DNA of 64,000 bases, taken from the NCBI GenBank assembly GCA_038087875.1, contig CM075990.1, positions 18,416,001-18,480,000 of the forward strand. Direction: 5' to 3'. Of the stretch, positions 36,200 to 48,100 are shown in pieces. The notes under the pieces were generated by a model. That model was not told where the DNA came from. It made no database searches and worked only from the letters and a program-made list of their open reading frames with translations. Numbering within the stretch: position 1 is the first letter of the stretch; the number at the start of each line of letters is the position of its first letter. Source of the DNA: Malacoraja senta (lineage: Eukaryota). Made by a program: the position numbers and the translations under genes.

Positions 36200-39100
36200 C
36201 GTCGTCGTCTTCTTCGTCGTCGTCTTCTTCGTCGTCGTCTTCTTCGTCGTCGTCTTCTTCGTCGTCGTCTTCTTCGTCGTCGTCTCCTTCGTCGTCGTCT
36301 TCTTCGTCGTCGTCGTCTTCGTCGTCGTCTTCTTCGTCATCGTCTCCTTCGTCGTCGTCTTCTTCGTCGTCGTCTCCTTCGTCGTCGTCGTCTTCGTCGT
36401 CGTCGTCTTCGTCGTCGTCTTCTTCGTCGTCGTCGTCTTCGTCGTCGTCGTCTTCGTCAGCGTCTTCTTCGTCGTCGTCGTCTTCGTCGTCTTCGTCTTC
36501 GTCGTCGTCTTCTTCCTCGTCGTCGTCTTCGTCGGCGTCGTCTTCGTCGTCGTCTTCGTCGTCGTCTTCTTCGTCGTCGTCGTCTTCGTCGTCGTCGTCT
36601 TCGTCGTCGTCTTCTTCGTCGTCGTCGTCTTCGTCGTCGTCGTCTTCGTCGTCGTCTTCGTCATCGTCGTCTTCGTCGTCGTCTTCTTCGTCGTCGTCTT
36701 CTTCGTCGTCGTATTCTTCGTCGTCGTCTTCTTCGTCGTCGTCTTCTTCGTCGTCGTCTTCTTCGTCGTCGTCTTCTTCGTCGTCGTCTTCTTCGTCGTC
36801 GTCTTCTTCGTCGTCGTCTTCTTCGCCGTCGTCTTCTTCGCCGTCGTCTTCTTCGTCGTCGTCTTCTTCGTCGTCGTCTTCTTCGTCGTCGTCTTCTTCG
36901 TCGTCGTCTTCTTCGTCGTCGTCTTCTTCGTCGTCGTCTTCTTCGTCGTCGTCTTCTTCGTCGTCGTCTTCTTCGTCGTCGTCTTCTTCGTCGTCGTCTT
37001 CTTCGTCGTCGTCTTCTTCGTCGTCGTCTTCTTCGTCGTCGTCTTCTTCGTCGTCGTCTTCTTCGTCTTCTTCGTCGTCGTCTTCTTCGTCGTCGTCTTC
37101 ATCGTCGTCGTCTTCTTCGTCGTCGTCGTCTTCGTCGTCGTCGTCTTCGTCGTCGTCGTCTTCGTCGTCGTCTTCTTCGTCGTCGTCTTCGTCGTCGTCG
37201 TCTTCGTCGTCGTCTTCTTCGTCGTCGTCTTCTTCGTTGTCGTCGGCTTCGTCGTCGTCGTCTTCGTCGTCGTCTTCTTCGTCGTCGTCGTCTTCGTCGG
37301 CGGCGGCTTTGTCGTCGTCTTCGTCGTCGTCTTCTTCGTCGTCGTCTTCTTCGTCGTCGTCTTCTTCGTCGTCGTCTTGTTCGTCATCGTCTTCCTCGTC
37401 GTCGTCTTCTTCATCGTCATCTTCTTCGTCGTCGTCTTCTTCGTCGTCGTCTTCTTCGTCGTCGTCTTCTTCGTCGTCGTCTTCTTCGTCGTCGTCTTCT
37501 TCGTCGTCGTCTTCTTCGTCGTCTTCTTCGTCGTCGTCTTCTTCGTCGTCGTCTTCTTCGTCGTCTTCTTCTTCGTCGTCGTCTTCTTCGTCGTCGTCTT
37601 CTTCGTCGTCGTCTTCTTCGTCGTCGACTTCTTCGTCGTCGTCTTCTTCGTCGTCGTCTTCTTCGTCGTCGTCTTCTTCGTCGTCGTCTTCTTCGTCGTC
37701 GTCGTCTTCATCGTTGTCTTCTTCGTCGTCGTCGTCTTCGTCGTCATCGTCTTCGTCGTCGTCGTCTTCGTCGTCGTCGTCTTCGTCGTCGTCTTCTTCG
37801 TCGTCGTCGTCTTTGTCGTCGTCGTCTTCGTCGTCGTCTTCTTCGTCGTCGTCGTCTTCGTCGTCGTCGACTTCGTCGTCGTCTTCTTCGTCGTTGTCTT
37901 CTTCATCGTTGTCTTCTTCGTCGTCGACTTCTTCGTCGTCGTCTTCTTCGTCGTCGTCTTCTTCGTCGTCGTCTTCTTCGTCGTCGTCTTCTTCGTCGTC
38001 ATCGTCTTCGTCGTCATCGTCTTCGTCGTCGTCTTCATCGTCGTCGTCTTCTTCGTCGTCGTCTTCTTCGTCGTCGTCTTCTTCGTCGTCGTCTTCTTCG
38101 TCGTCGTCTTCTTCGTCGTCGTCTTCTTCGTCGTCGTCTTCTTCGTCGTCGTCTTCTTCGTCGTCGTCTTCTTCGTCGTCCTCTTCTTCGTCGTCGTCTT
38201 CTTCGTCGTCGTCTTCTTCGTCATCATCGTCTTCGTCGTCATCGTCTTCGTCGTCGTCTTCATCGTCGTCGTCTTCTTCGTCGTCGTCTTCTTCGTCGTC
38301 GTCTTCTTCGTCGTCGTCTTCTTCGTCGTCGTCTTCTTCGTCGTCGTCTCCTTCGTCGTCGTCTTCTTCGTCGTCGTCTCCTTCGTCGTCGTCTTCTTCG
38401 TCGTCGTCTCCTTCGTCGTCGTCTTCTTCGTCGTCGTCGTCTTCGTCGTCGTCTTCTTCGTCGTCGTCTCCTTCGTCGTCGTCTTCTTCGTCGTCGTCTC
38501 CTTCGTCGTCGTCGTCTTCGTCGTCGTCGTCTTCGTCGTCGTCGTCTTCGTCGTCGTCTTCTTCGTCGTCGTCGTCTTCGTCGTCGTCTTCTTCGTCGTC
38601 GTCTTCTTCGTCGTCGTCTCCTTCGTCGTCGTCGTCTTCGTCGTCGTCGTCTTTGTCGTCGTCTTCTTCGTCGTCGTCGTCTTCGTCGTCGTCGTCTTCG
38701 TCAGCGTCTTCTTCGTCGTCGTCATCTTCGTCGTCTTCGTCTTCGTCGTTGTCTTCTTCATCGTCGTCGTCTTCGTCGGCGTCGTCTTCGTCGTCGTCTT
38801 CGTCGTCGTCTTCTTCGTCGTCATCGTCTTCGTCGTCGTCGTCTTCGTCGTCGTCTTCTTCGTCGTCGTCATCTTCGTCGTCGTCGTCTTCGTCGTCGTC
38901 GTCTTCGTCGTCGTCTTCGTCGTCGTCGTCTTCGTCGTCGTCTTCTTCGTCGTCGTCTTCTTCGTCGTCGTATTCTTCGTCGTCGTCTTCTTCGTCGTCG
39001 TCTTCTTCGTCGTCGTCTTCTTCGTCGTCGTCTTCTTCGTCGTCGTCTTCTTCGTCGTCGTCTTCTTCGCCGTCGTCTTCTTCGCCGTCGTCTTCTTTGC

Positions 39101-42100
39101 CGTCGTCTTCTTCGCCGTCGTCTTCTTCGTCGTCGTCTTCTTCGTCGTCGTCTTCTTCGTCGTCGTCTTCTTCGTCGTCGTCTTCTTCGTCGTCGTCTTC
39201 TTCGTCGTCGTCTTCTTCGTCGTCGTCTTCTTCGTCGTCGTCTTCTTCGTCGTCGTCTTCTTCGTCGTCGTCTTCTTCGTCGTCGTCTTCTTCGTCGTCG
39301 TCTTCTTCGTCGTCGACTTCTTCGTCGTCGTCTTCTTCGTCGTCGTCTTCTTCGTCGTCGTCTTCTTCGTCGTCGTCTTCTTCGTCGTCGTCGTCTTCAT
39401 CGTTGTCTTCTTCGTCGTCGTCGTCTTCGTCGTCATCGTCTTCGTCGTCGTCGTCTTCGTCGTCGTCGTCTTCGTCGTCGTCTTCTTCGTCGTCGTCGTC
39501 TTTGTCGTCGTCGTCTTCGTCGTCGTCTTCTTCGTCGTCGTCGTCTTCGTCGTCGTCGACTTCGTCGTCGTCTTCTTCGTCGTTGTCTTCTTCATCGTTG
39601 TCTTCTTCGTCGTCGACTTCTTCGTCGTCGTCTTCTTCGTCGTCGTCTTCTTCGTCGTCGTCTTCTTCGTCGTCGTCTTCTTCGTCGTCATCGTCTTCGT
39701 CGTCATCGTCTTCGTCGTCGTCTTCATCGTCGTCGTCTTCTTCGTCGTCGTCTTCTTCGTCGTCGTCTTCTTCGTCGTCGTCTTCTTCGTCGTCGTCTTC
39801 TTCGTCGTCGTCTTCTTCGTCGTCGTCTTCTTCGTCGTCGTCTTCTTCGTCGTCGTCTTCTTCGTCGTCCTCTTCTTCGTCGTCGTCTTCTTCGTCGTCG
39901 TCTTCTTCGTCATCATCGTCTTCGTCGTCATCGTCTTCGTCGTCGTCTTCATCGTCGTCGTCTTCTTCGTCGTCGTCTTCTTCGTCGTCGTCTTCTTCGT
40001 CGTCGTCTTCTTCGTCGTCGTCTTCTTCGTCGTCGTCTCCTTCGTCGTCGTCTTCTTCGTCGTCGTCTCCTTCGTCGTCGTCTTCTTCGTCGTCGTCTCC
40101 TTCGTCGTCGTCTTCTTCGTCGTCGTCGTCTTCGTCGTCGTCTTCTTCGTCGTCGTCTCCTTCGTCGTCGTCTTCTTCGTCGTCGTCTCCTTCGTCGTCG
40201 TCGTCTTCGTCGTCGTCGTCTTCGTCGTCGTCGTCTTCGTCGTCGTCTTCTTCGTCGTCGTCGTCTTCGTCGTCGTCTTCTTCGTCGTCGTCTTCTTCGT
40301 CGTCGTCTCCTTCGTCGTCGTCGTCTTCGTCGTCGTCGTCTTTGTCGTCGTCTTCTTCGTCGTCGTCGTCTTCGTCGTCGTCGTCTTCGTCAGCGTCTTC
40401 TTCGTCGTCGTCATCTTCGTCGTCTTCGTCTTCGTCGTTGTCTTCTTCATCGTCGTCGTCTTCGTCGGCGTCGTCTTCGTCGTCGTCTTCGTCGTCGTCT
40501 TCTTCGTCGTCATCGTCTTCGTCGTCGTCGTCTTCGTCGTCGTCTTCTTCGTCGTCGTCATCTTCGTCGTCGTCGTCTTCGTCGTCGTCGTCTTCGTCGT
40601 CGTCTTCGTCGTCGTCGTCTTCGTCGTCGTCTTCTTCGTCGTCGTCTTCTTCGTCGTCGTATTCTTCGTCGTCGTATTCTTCGTCGTCGTCTTCTTCATC
40701 GTCGTCTTCTTCGTCGTCGTCTTCTTCGTCGTCGTCTTCTTCGTCGTCGTCTTCTTCGTCGTCGTCTTCTTCGCCGTCGTCTTCTTCGCCGTCGTCTTCT
40801 TTGCCGTCGTCTTCTTCGTCGTCGTCTTCTTCGTCGTCGTCTTCTTCGTCGTCGTCTTCTTCGTCGTCGTCTTCTTCGTCGTCGTCTTCTTCGTCGTCGT
40901 CTTCTTCGTCGTCGTCTTCTTCGTCGTCGTCTTCTTCGTCGTCGTCTTCTTCGTCGTCGTCTTCTTCGTCGTCGTCTTCTTCGTCGTCGTCTTCTTCGTC
41001 GTCGTCTTCTTCGTCGTCGTCTTCTTCGTCGTCGTCTTCTTCGTCGTCGTCTTCTTCGTCGTCGTCTTCTTCGTCGTCGTCTTCTTCGTCGTCGTCGTCT
41101 TCGTCGTCGTCTTCTTCGTCGTCGTCTTCTTCGTCGTCGTCTTCTTCGTCGTCGTCTTCTTCGTCGTCGTCTTGTTCGTCGTCGTCTTCCTCGTCGTCGT
41201 CTTCTTCATCGTCATCTTCTTCGTCGTCGTCTTCTTCATCGTCGTCTTCTTCGTCGTCGTCTTCTTCGTCGTCGTCTTCTTCGTCGTCGTCTTCTTCGTC
41301 GTCGTCTTCTTCGTCGTCATCTTCGTCGTCGTCTTCTTCGTCGTCGTCTTCTTCGTCGTCTTCTTCTTCGTCGTCGTCTTCTTCGTCGTCGTCTTCTTCG
41401 TCGTCGTCTTCTTCGTCGTCGACTTCTTCGTCGTCGTCTTCTTCGTCGTCGTCTTCTTCGTCGTCGTCTTCTTCGTCGCCGTCGTCTTCGTCGTCGTCGT
41501 CTTCGTCGTCGTCTTCTTCGTCGTCGTCGTCTTCGTCGTCGTCGTCTTCGTCGTCGTCGTCTTCGTCGTCGTCTTCTTCGTCGTCGTCTTCGTCGTCGTC
41601 GTCTTCGTCGTCGTCTTCTTCGTCGTCGTCTTCTTCGTTGTCGTCGGCTTCGTCGTCGTCGTCTTCGTCCTCGTCTTCTTCGTCGTCGTCGTCTTCGTCG
41701 GCGGCGGCTTCGTCGTCATCTTCGTCGTCGTCTTCTTCGTCGTCGTCTTCTTCGTCGTCGTCTTCTTCGTCGTCGTCTTGTTCGTCGTCGTCTTCCTCGT
41801 CGTCGTCTTCTTCGTCGTCGTCTTCTTCGTCGTCGTCTTCTTCATCGTCGTCTTCTTCATCGTCGTCTTCTTCGTCGTCGTCTTCTTCGTCGTCGTCTTC
41901 TTCGTCGTCGTCTTCTTCGTCGTCTTCTTCGTCGTCGTCTTCTTCGTCGTCGTCTTCTTCGTCGTCATCTTCTTCGTCGTCGTCTTCTTCATCGTCGTCT
42001 TCTTCGTCGTCGTCTTCTTCTTCGTCGTCTTCTTCGTCGTCGTCTTCTTCATCGTCGTCTTCTTCGTCGTCTTCTTCGTCGTCGTCTTCTTCGTCGTCGT

Positions 42101-45100
42101 CTTCTTCGTCGTCTTCTTCTTCGTCGTCGTCTTCTTCGTCGTCGTCTTCTTCGTCGTCGTCTTCTTCGTCGTCGACTTCTTCGTCGTCGTCTTCTTCGTC
42201 GTCGTCTTCTTCGTCGTCGTCTTCTTCGTCGCCGTCGTCTTCGTCGTCGTCGTCTTCGTCGTCGTCTTCTTCGTCGTCGTCGTCTTCGTCGTCGTCGTCT
42301 TCGTCGTCGTCGTCTTCGTCGTCGTCTTCTTCGTCGTCGTCTTCGTCGTCGTCGTCTTCGTCGTCGTCTTCTTCGTCGTCGTCTTCTTCGTTGTCGTCGG
42401 CTTTGTCGTCGTCGTCTTCGTCGTCGTCTTCTTCGTCGTCGTCGTCTTCGTCGGCGGCGGCTTCGTCGTCATCTTCGACGTCGTCTTCTTCGTCGTCGTC
42501 TTCTTCGTCGTCGTCTTCTTCGTCGTCGTCTTGTTCGTCGTCGTCTTCCTCGTCGTCGTCTTCTTCGTCGTCGTCTTCTTCGTCGTCGTCTTCTTCATCG
42601 TCGTCTTCTTCGTCGTCGTCTTCTTCGTCGTCGTCTTCTTCGTCGTCGTCTTCTTCGTCGTCGTCTTCTTCGTCGTCTTCTTCGTCGTCGTCTTCTTCGT
42701 CGTCGTCTTCTTCGTCGTCTTCTTCTTCGTCGTCGTCTTCTTCGTCGTCGTCTTCTTCGTCGTCGTCTTCTTCGTCGTCGACTTCTTCGTCGTCGTCTTC
42801 TTCGTCGTCGTCTTCTTCGTCGTCGTCTTCTTCGTCGTCGTCTTCTTCGTCGTCGTCGTCTTCATCGTCGTCTTCTTCGTCGTCGTCGTCTTCGTCGTCA
42901 TCATCTTCGTCGTCGTCGTCTTCGTCGTCGTCGTCTTCGTCGTCGTCTTCTTCGTCGTCGTCGTCTTTGTCGTCGTCGTCTTCGTCGTCGTCTTCTTCGT
43001 CGTCGTCATCTTCGTCGTCGTCGACTTCGTCGTCGTCTTCTTCGTCGTTGTCTTCTTCATCGTTGTCTTCTTCGTCGTCGACTTCTTCGTCGTCGTCTTC
43101 TTCGTCGTCGTCTTCTTCGTCGTCGTCTTCTTCGTCGTCGTCTTCTTCGTCGTCATCGTCTTCGTCGTCATCGTCTTCGTCGTCGTCTTCATCGTCGTCG
43201 TCTTCTTCGTCGTCGTCTTCTTCGTCGTCGTCTTCTTCGTCGTCGTCTTCTTCGTCGTCGTCTTCTTCGTCGTCGTCTCCTTCGTCGTCGTCTTCTTCGT
43301 CGTCGTCTCCTTCGTCGTCGTCTTCTTCGTCGTCGTCTCCTTCGTCGTCGTCTTCTTCGTCGTCGTCGTCTTCGTCGTCGTCTTCTTCGTCGTCGTCTCC
43401 TTCGTCGTCGTCTTCTTCGTCGTCGTCTCCTTCGTCGTCGTCGTCTTCGTCGTCGTCGTCTTCGTCGTCGTCTTCTTCGTCATCGTCGTCTTCGTCGTCG
43501 TCGTCTTCGTCAGCGTCTTCTTCGTCGTCGTCGTCTTCGTCGTCTTCGTCTTCGTTGTCGTCTTCTTCATCGTCGTCGTCTTCGTCGGCGTCGTCTTCGT
43601 CGTCGTCTTCGTCGTCGTCTTCTTCGTCGTCGTCATCTTCGTCGTCGTCGTCTTCGTCGTCGTCTTCTTCGTCGTCGTCGTCTTCGTCGTCGTCGTCTTC
43701 GTCGTCATCGTCTTCGTCGTCGTCTTCGTCGTCGTCGTCTTCGTCATCGTCTTCTTCGTCGTCGTCTTCTTCGTCGTCGTATTCTTCGTCGTCGTCTTCT
43801 TCGTCGTCGTCTTCTTCGTCGTCGTCTTCTTCGTCGTCGTCTTCTTCGTCGTCGTCTTCTTCGTCGTCGTCTTCTTCGTCGTCGTCTTCTTCGTCGTCGT
43901 CTTCTTCGTCGTCATCGTCTTCGTCGTCATCGTCTTCGTCGTCGTCTTCATCGTCGTCGTCTTCTTCATCGTCGTCTTCTTCGTCGTCGTCTTCTTCGTC
44001 GTCGTCTTCTTCGTCGTCGTCTTCTTCGTCGTCGTCTTCTTCGTCGTCGTCTCCTTCGTCGTCGTCTTCTTCGTCGTCGTCTCCTTCGTCGTCGTCTTCT
44101 TCGTCGTCGTCTCCTTCGTCGTCGTCTTCTTCGTCGTCGTCGTCTTCGTCGTCGTCTTCTTCGTCGTCGTCTCCTTCGTCGTCGTCGTATTCGTCGTCGT
44201 CGTCTTCGTCGTCGTCTTCTTCGTCGTCGTCGTCTTCGTCGTCGTCTTCTTCGTCGTCGTCGTCTTCGTCGTCATCGTCTTCGTCGTCGTCTTCTTCGTC
44301 GTCGTCGTCTTCGTCGTCGTCGTCTTCGTCAGCGTCTTCTTCGTCGTCGTCGTCTTCGTCGTCTTCGTCTTCGTCGTCGTCTTCTTCATCGTCGTCGTCT
44401 TCGTCGGCGTCGTCTTCGTCGTCGTCTTCGTCGTCGTCTTCTTCGTCGTCGTCGTCTTCGTCGTCGTCGTCTTCGTCGTCGTCTTCTTCGTCGTCGTCGT
44501 CTTCGTCGTCGTCGTCTTCGTCGTCGTCGTCTTCGTCGTCGTCTTCGTCGTCGTCGTCTTCGTCGTCGTCTTCTTCGTCGTCGTCTTCTTCGTCGTCGTA
44601 TTCTTCGTCGTCGTCTTCTTCGTCGTCGTCTTCTTCGTCGTCGTCTTCTTCGTCGTCGTCTTCTTCGTCGTCGTCTTCTTCGTCGTCGTCTTCTTCGTCG
44701 TCGTCTTCTTCGCCGTCGTCTTCTTCGCCGTCGTCTTCTTCGCCGTCGTTTTCTTCCTCGTCGTCTTCTTCGTCGTCGTCTTCTTCGTCGTCGTCTTCTT
44801 CGTCGTCGTCTTCTTCGTCGTCGTCTTCTTCGTCGTCGTCTTCTTCGTCGTCGTCTTCTTCGTCGTCGTCTTCTTCGTCGTCGTCTTCTTCGTCGTCGTC
44901 GTCTTCGTCGTCGTCTTCTTCGTCGTCGTCGTCTTCTTCGTCGTCGTCGTCTTTGTCGTCGTCTTCTTCGTCGTCGTCGTCGTCGTCATCTTCTTCGTCG
45001 TCGTTGTCTTTGTCGTCGTCGTCTTCGTCGTCTTCTTCTTCGTCGTCGTCTTCTTCGTCGTCGTCTTCTTCGTCGTCATCTTCTTCATCGTCGTCGTCTT

Positions 45101-48100
45101 CGTCGTCGTCTTCGTCGTCGTCTTCGTCGTCGTTGTCTTCATCGTCGTCGTCTTCATCGTCGTCTTCTTCGTCGTCGTCGTCTTCGTCGTCGTCGTCTTC
45201 GTCGTCGTCTTCTTCATCGTCGTCTTCTTCGTCGTCGTCGTCTTCGTCGTCGTCGTCTTCGTCGTCGTCTTCTTCGTCGTCGTCGTCTTCGTCGTTGTCG
45301 TCTTCGTCGTCGTCTTCTTCGTCGTCGTCGTCTTCGTCGTCGTCTTCGTCGTAGTCGTCTTCGTCGTCGCCTTCTTCGTCGTCGTCTTCTTCGTCGTCGT
45401 CTTCTTCGTCGTCGTCTTCTTCGTCGTCGTCTTCTTCGTCGTCGTCTTCTTCGTCGTCGTCTTCTTCGTCGTCGTCTTCTTCGTCGTCGTCTTCTTCGTC
45501 GTCGTCTTCTTCGTCGTCGTCTTCTTCGTCGTCGTCTTCTTCGTCGTCGTCTTCTTCGTCGTCGTCATCTTCGTCGTCGTCGTCTTCGTCGTCGTCGTCT
45601 TCGTCGTCGTCTTCGTCGTCGTCGTCTTCGTCGTCGTCTTCTTCGTCGTCGTCTTCTTCGTCGTCGTATTCTTCGTCGTCGTCTTCTTCGTCGTCGTCTT
45701 CTTCGTCGTCGTCTTCTTCGTCGTCGTCTTCTTCGTCGTCGTCTTCTTCGTCGTCGTCTTCTTCGTCGTCGTCTTCATCGTCGTCGTCTTCTTCGTCGTC
45801 GTCTTCTTCGTCGTCGTCTTCTTCGTCGTCGTCTTCTTCGTCGTCGTCTTCTTCGTCGTCGTCTCCTTCGTCGTCGTCTTCTTCGTCGTCGTCTCCTTCG
45901 TCGTCGTCTTCTTCGTCGTCGTCTCCTTCGTCGTCGTCTTCTTCGTCGTCGTCGTCTTCGTCGTCGTCTTCTTCGTCGTCGTCTCCTTCGTCGTCGTCTT
46001 CTTCGTCGTCGTCTCCTTCGTCGTCGTCGTCTTCGTCGTCGTCGTCTTCGTCGTCGTCGTCTTCGTCGTCGTCTTCTTCGTCGTCGTCGTCTTCGTCGTC
46101 GTCTTCTTCGTCGTCGTCTTCTTCGTCGTCGTCTCCTTCGTCGTCGTCGTCTTCGTCGTCGTCGTCTTCGTCGTCGTCTTCTTCGTCGTCGTCGTCTTCG
46201 TCGTCGTCGTCTTCGTCAGCGTCTTCTTCGTCGTCGTCTATCTTCGTCGTCTTCGTCTTCGTCGTTGTCTTCTTCATCGTCGTCTCTTCTTCGTCGTCGT
46301 CGTCTTCGTCGTCGTCTGTTCTCTTCGTCGTCGTCGTCTTCTCGTCGTCGTCGTCTTCGTCGTCGTCTTCTTCGTCGTCGTCATCTTCGTCGTCGTCGTC
46401 TTCGTCGTCGTCGTCTTCGTCGTCGTCGTCTTCGTCGTCGTCTTCTTCGTCGTCGTCTTCTTCGTCGTCGTCTTCTTCGTCGTCGTATTCTTCGTCGTCG
46501 TCTTCTTCGTCGTCGTCTTCTTCGTCGTCGTCTTCTTCGTCGTCGTCTTCTTCGTCGTCGTCTTCTTCGTCGTCGTCTTCTTCGTCGTCGTCTTCTTCGC
46601 CGTCGTCTTCTTCGTCGTCGTCTTCTTCGTCGTCGTCTTCTTCGTCGTCGTCTTCTTCGTCGTCGTCTTCTTCGTCGTCGTCTTCTTCGTCGTCGTCTCT
46701 TCGTCGTCTTTCGTCGTCGTCTTCTTCGTCGTCGTCTTCTTCGTCGTCGTCTTCTTCGTCGTCGTCTTCTTCGTCGTCGTCTTCTTCGTCGTCGTCTTCT
46801 TCGTCGTCGTCTTCTTCGTCGTCGTCTTCTTCGTCGTCGTCTTCTTCGTCGTCGTCTTCTTCGTCGTCGTCTTCTTCGTCGTCGTCGTCTTCGTCGTCGT
46901 CTTCTTCGTCGTCGTCTTCTTCGTCGTCGTCTTCTTCGTCGTCGTCTTCTTCGTCGTCGTCTTGTTCGTCGTCGTCTTCCTCGTCGTCGTCTTCTTCATC
47001 GTCATCTTCTTCGTCGTCGTCTTCTTCATCGTCGTCTTCTTCGTCGTCGTCTTCTTCGTCGTCGTCTTCTTCGTCGTCGTCTTCTTCGTCGTCGTCTTCT
47101 TCGTTGTCGTCTTCGTCGTCGTCTTCTTCGTCGTCGTCTTCTTCGTCGTCTTCTTCTTCGTCGTCGTCTTCTTCGTCGTCGTCTTCTTCGTCGTCGTCTT
47201 CTTCGTCGTCGACTTCTTCGTCGTCGTCTTCTTCGTCGTCGTCTTCTTCGTCGTCGTCTTCTTCGTCGCCGTCGTCTTCGTCGTCGTCTTCTTCGTCTTC
47301 GTCGTCGTCTTCTTCGTCGTCGTCGTCTTCGTCGTCGTCGTCTTCGTCGTCGTCGTCTTCGTCGTCGTCTTCTTCGTCGTCGTCTTCGTCGTCGTCGTCT
47401 TCGTCGTCGTCTTCTTCGTCGTCGTCTTCTTCGTTGTCGTCGGCTTCGTCGTCGTCGTCTTCGTCGTCGTCTTCTTCGTCGTCGTCGTCTTCGTCGGCGG
47501 CGGCTTCGTCGTCATCTTCGTCGTCGTCTTCTTCGTCGTCGTCTTCTTCGTCGTCGTCTTCTTCGTCGTCGTCTTGTTCGTCGTCGTCTTCCTCGTCGTC
47601 GGTCTTCCTCGTCGTCGTCTTCTTCGTCGTCGTCTTCTTCGTCGTCGTCTTCTTCATCGTCGTCTTCTTCGTCGTCGTCTTCTTCGTCGTCGTCTTCTTC
47701 GTCGTCGTCTTCTTCGTCGTCTTCTTCGTCGTCGTCTTCTTCGTCGTCGTCTTCTTCGTCGTCGTCTTCTTCGTCGTCATCTTCTTCGTCGTCGTCTTCT
47801 TCATCGTCGTCTTCTTCGTCGTCGTCTTCTTCTTCGTCGTCTTCTTCGTCGTCGTCTTCTTCATCGTCGTCTTCTTCGTCGTCTTCTTCGTCGTCGTCTT
47901 CTTCGTCGTCGTCTTCTTCGTCGTCTTCTTCTTCGTCGTCGTCTTCTTCGTCGTCGTCTTCTTCGTCGTCGTCTTCTTCGTCGTCGACTTCTTCGTCGTC
48001 GTCTTCTTCGTCGTCGTCTTCTTCGTCGTCGTCTTCTTCGTCGCCGTCGTCTTCGTCGTCGTCGTCTTCGTCGTCGTCTTCTTCGTCGTCGTCGTCTTCG

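Noticed and set aside
35369..45778. Minus-strand Lys/Thr-rich, mucin-like ORFs (KKTTT)n
   Set aside because: These are an alternative frame of the repeat. ATGs are CpG-decay products, TAG stops recur at every TCTACT variant, and there is no signal peptide or unique sequence.
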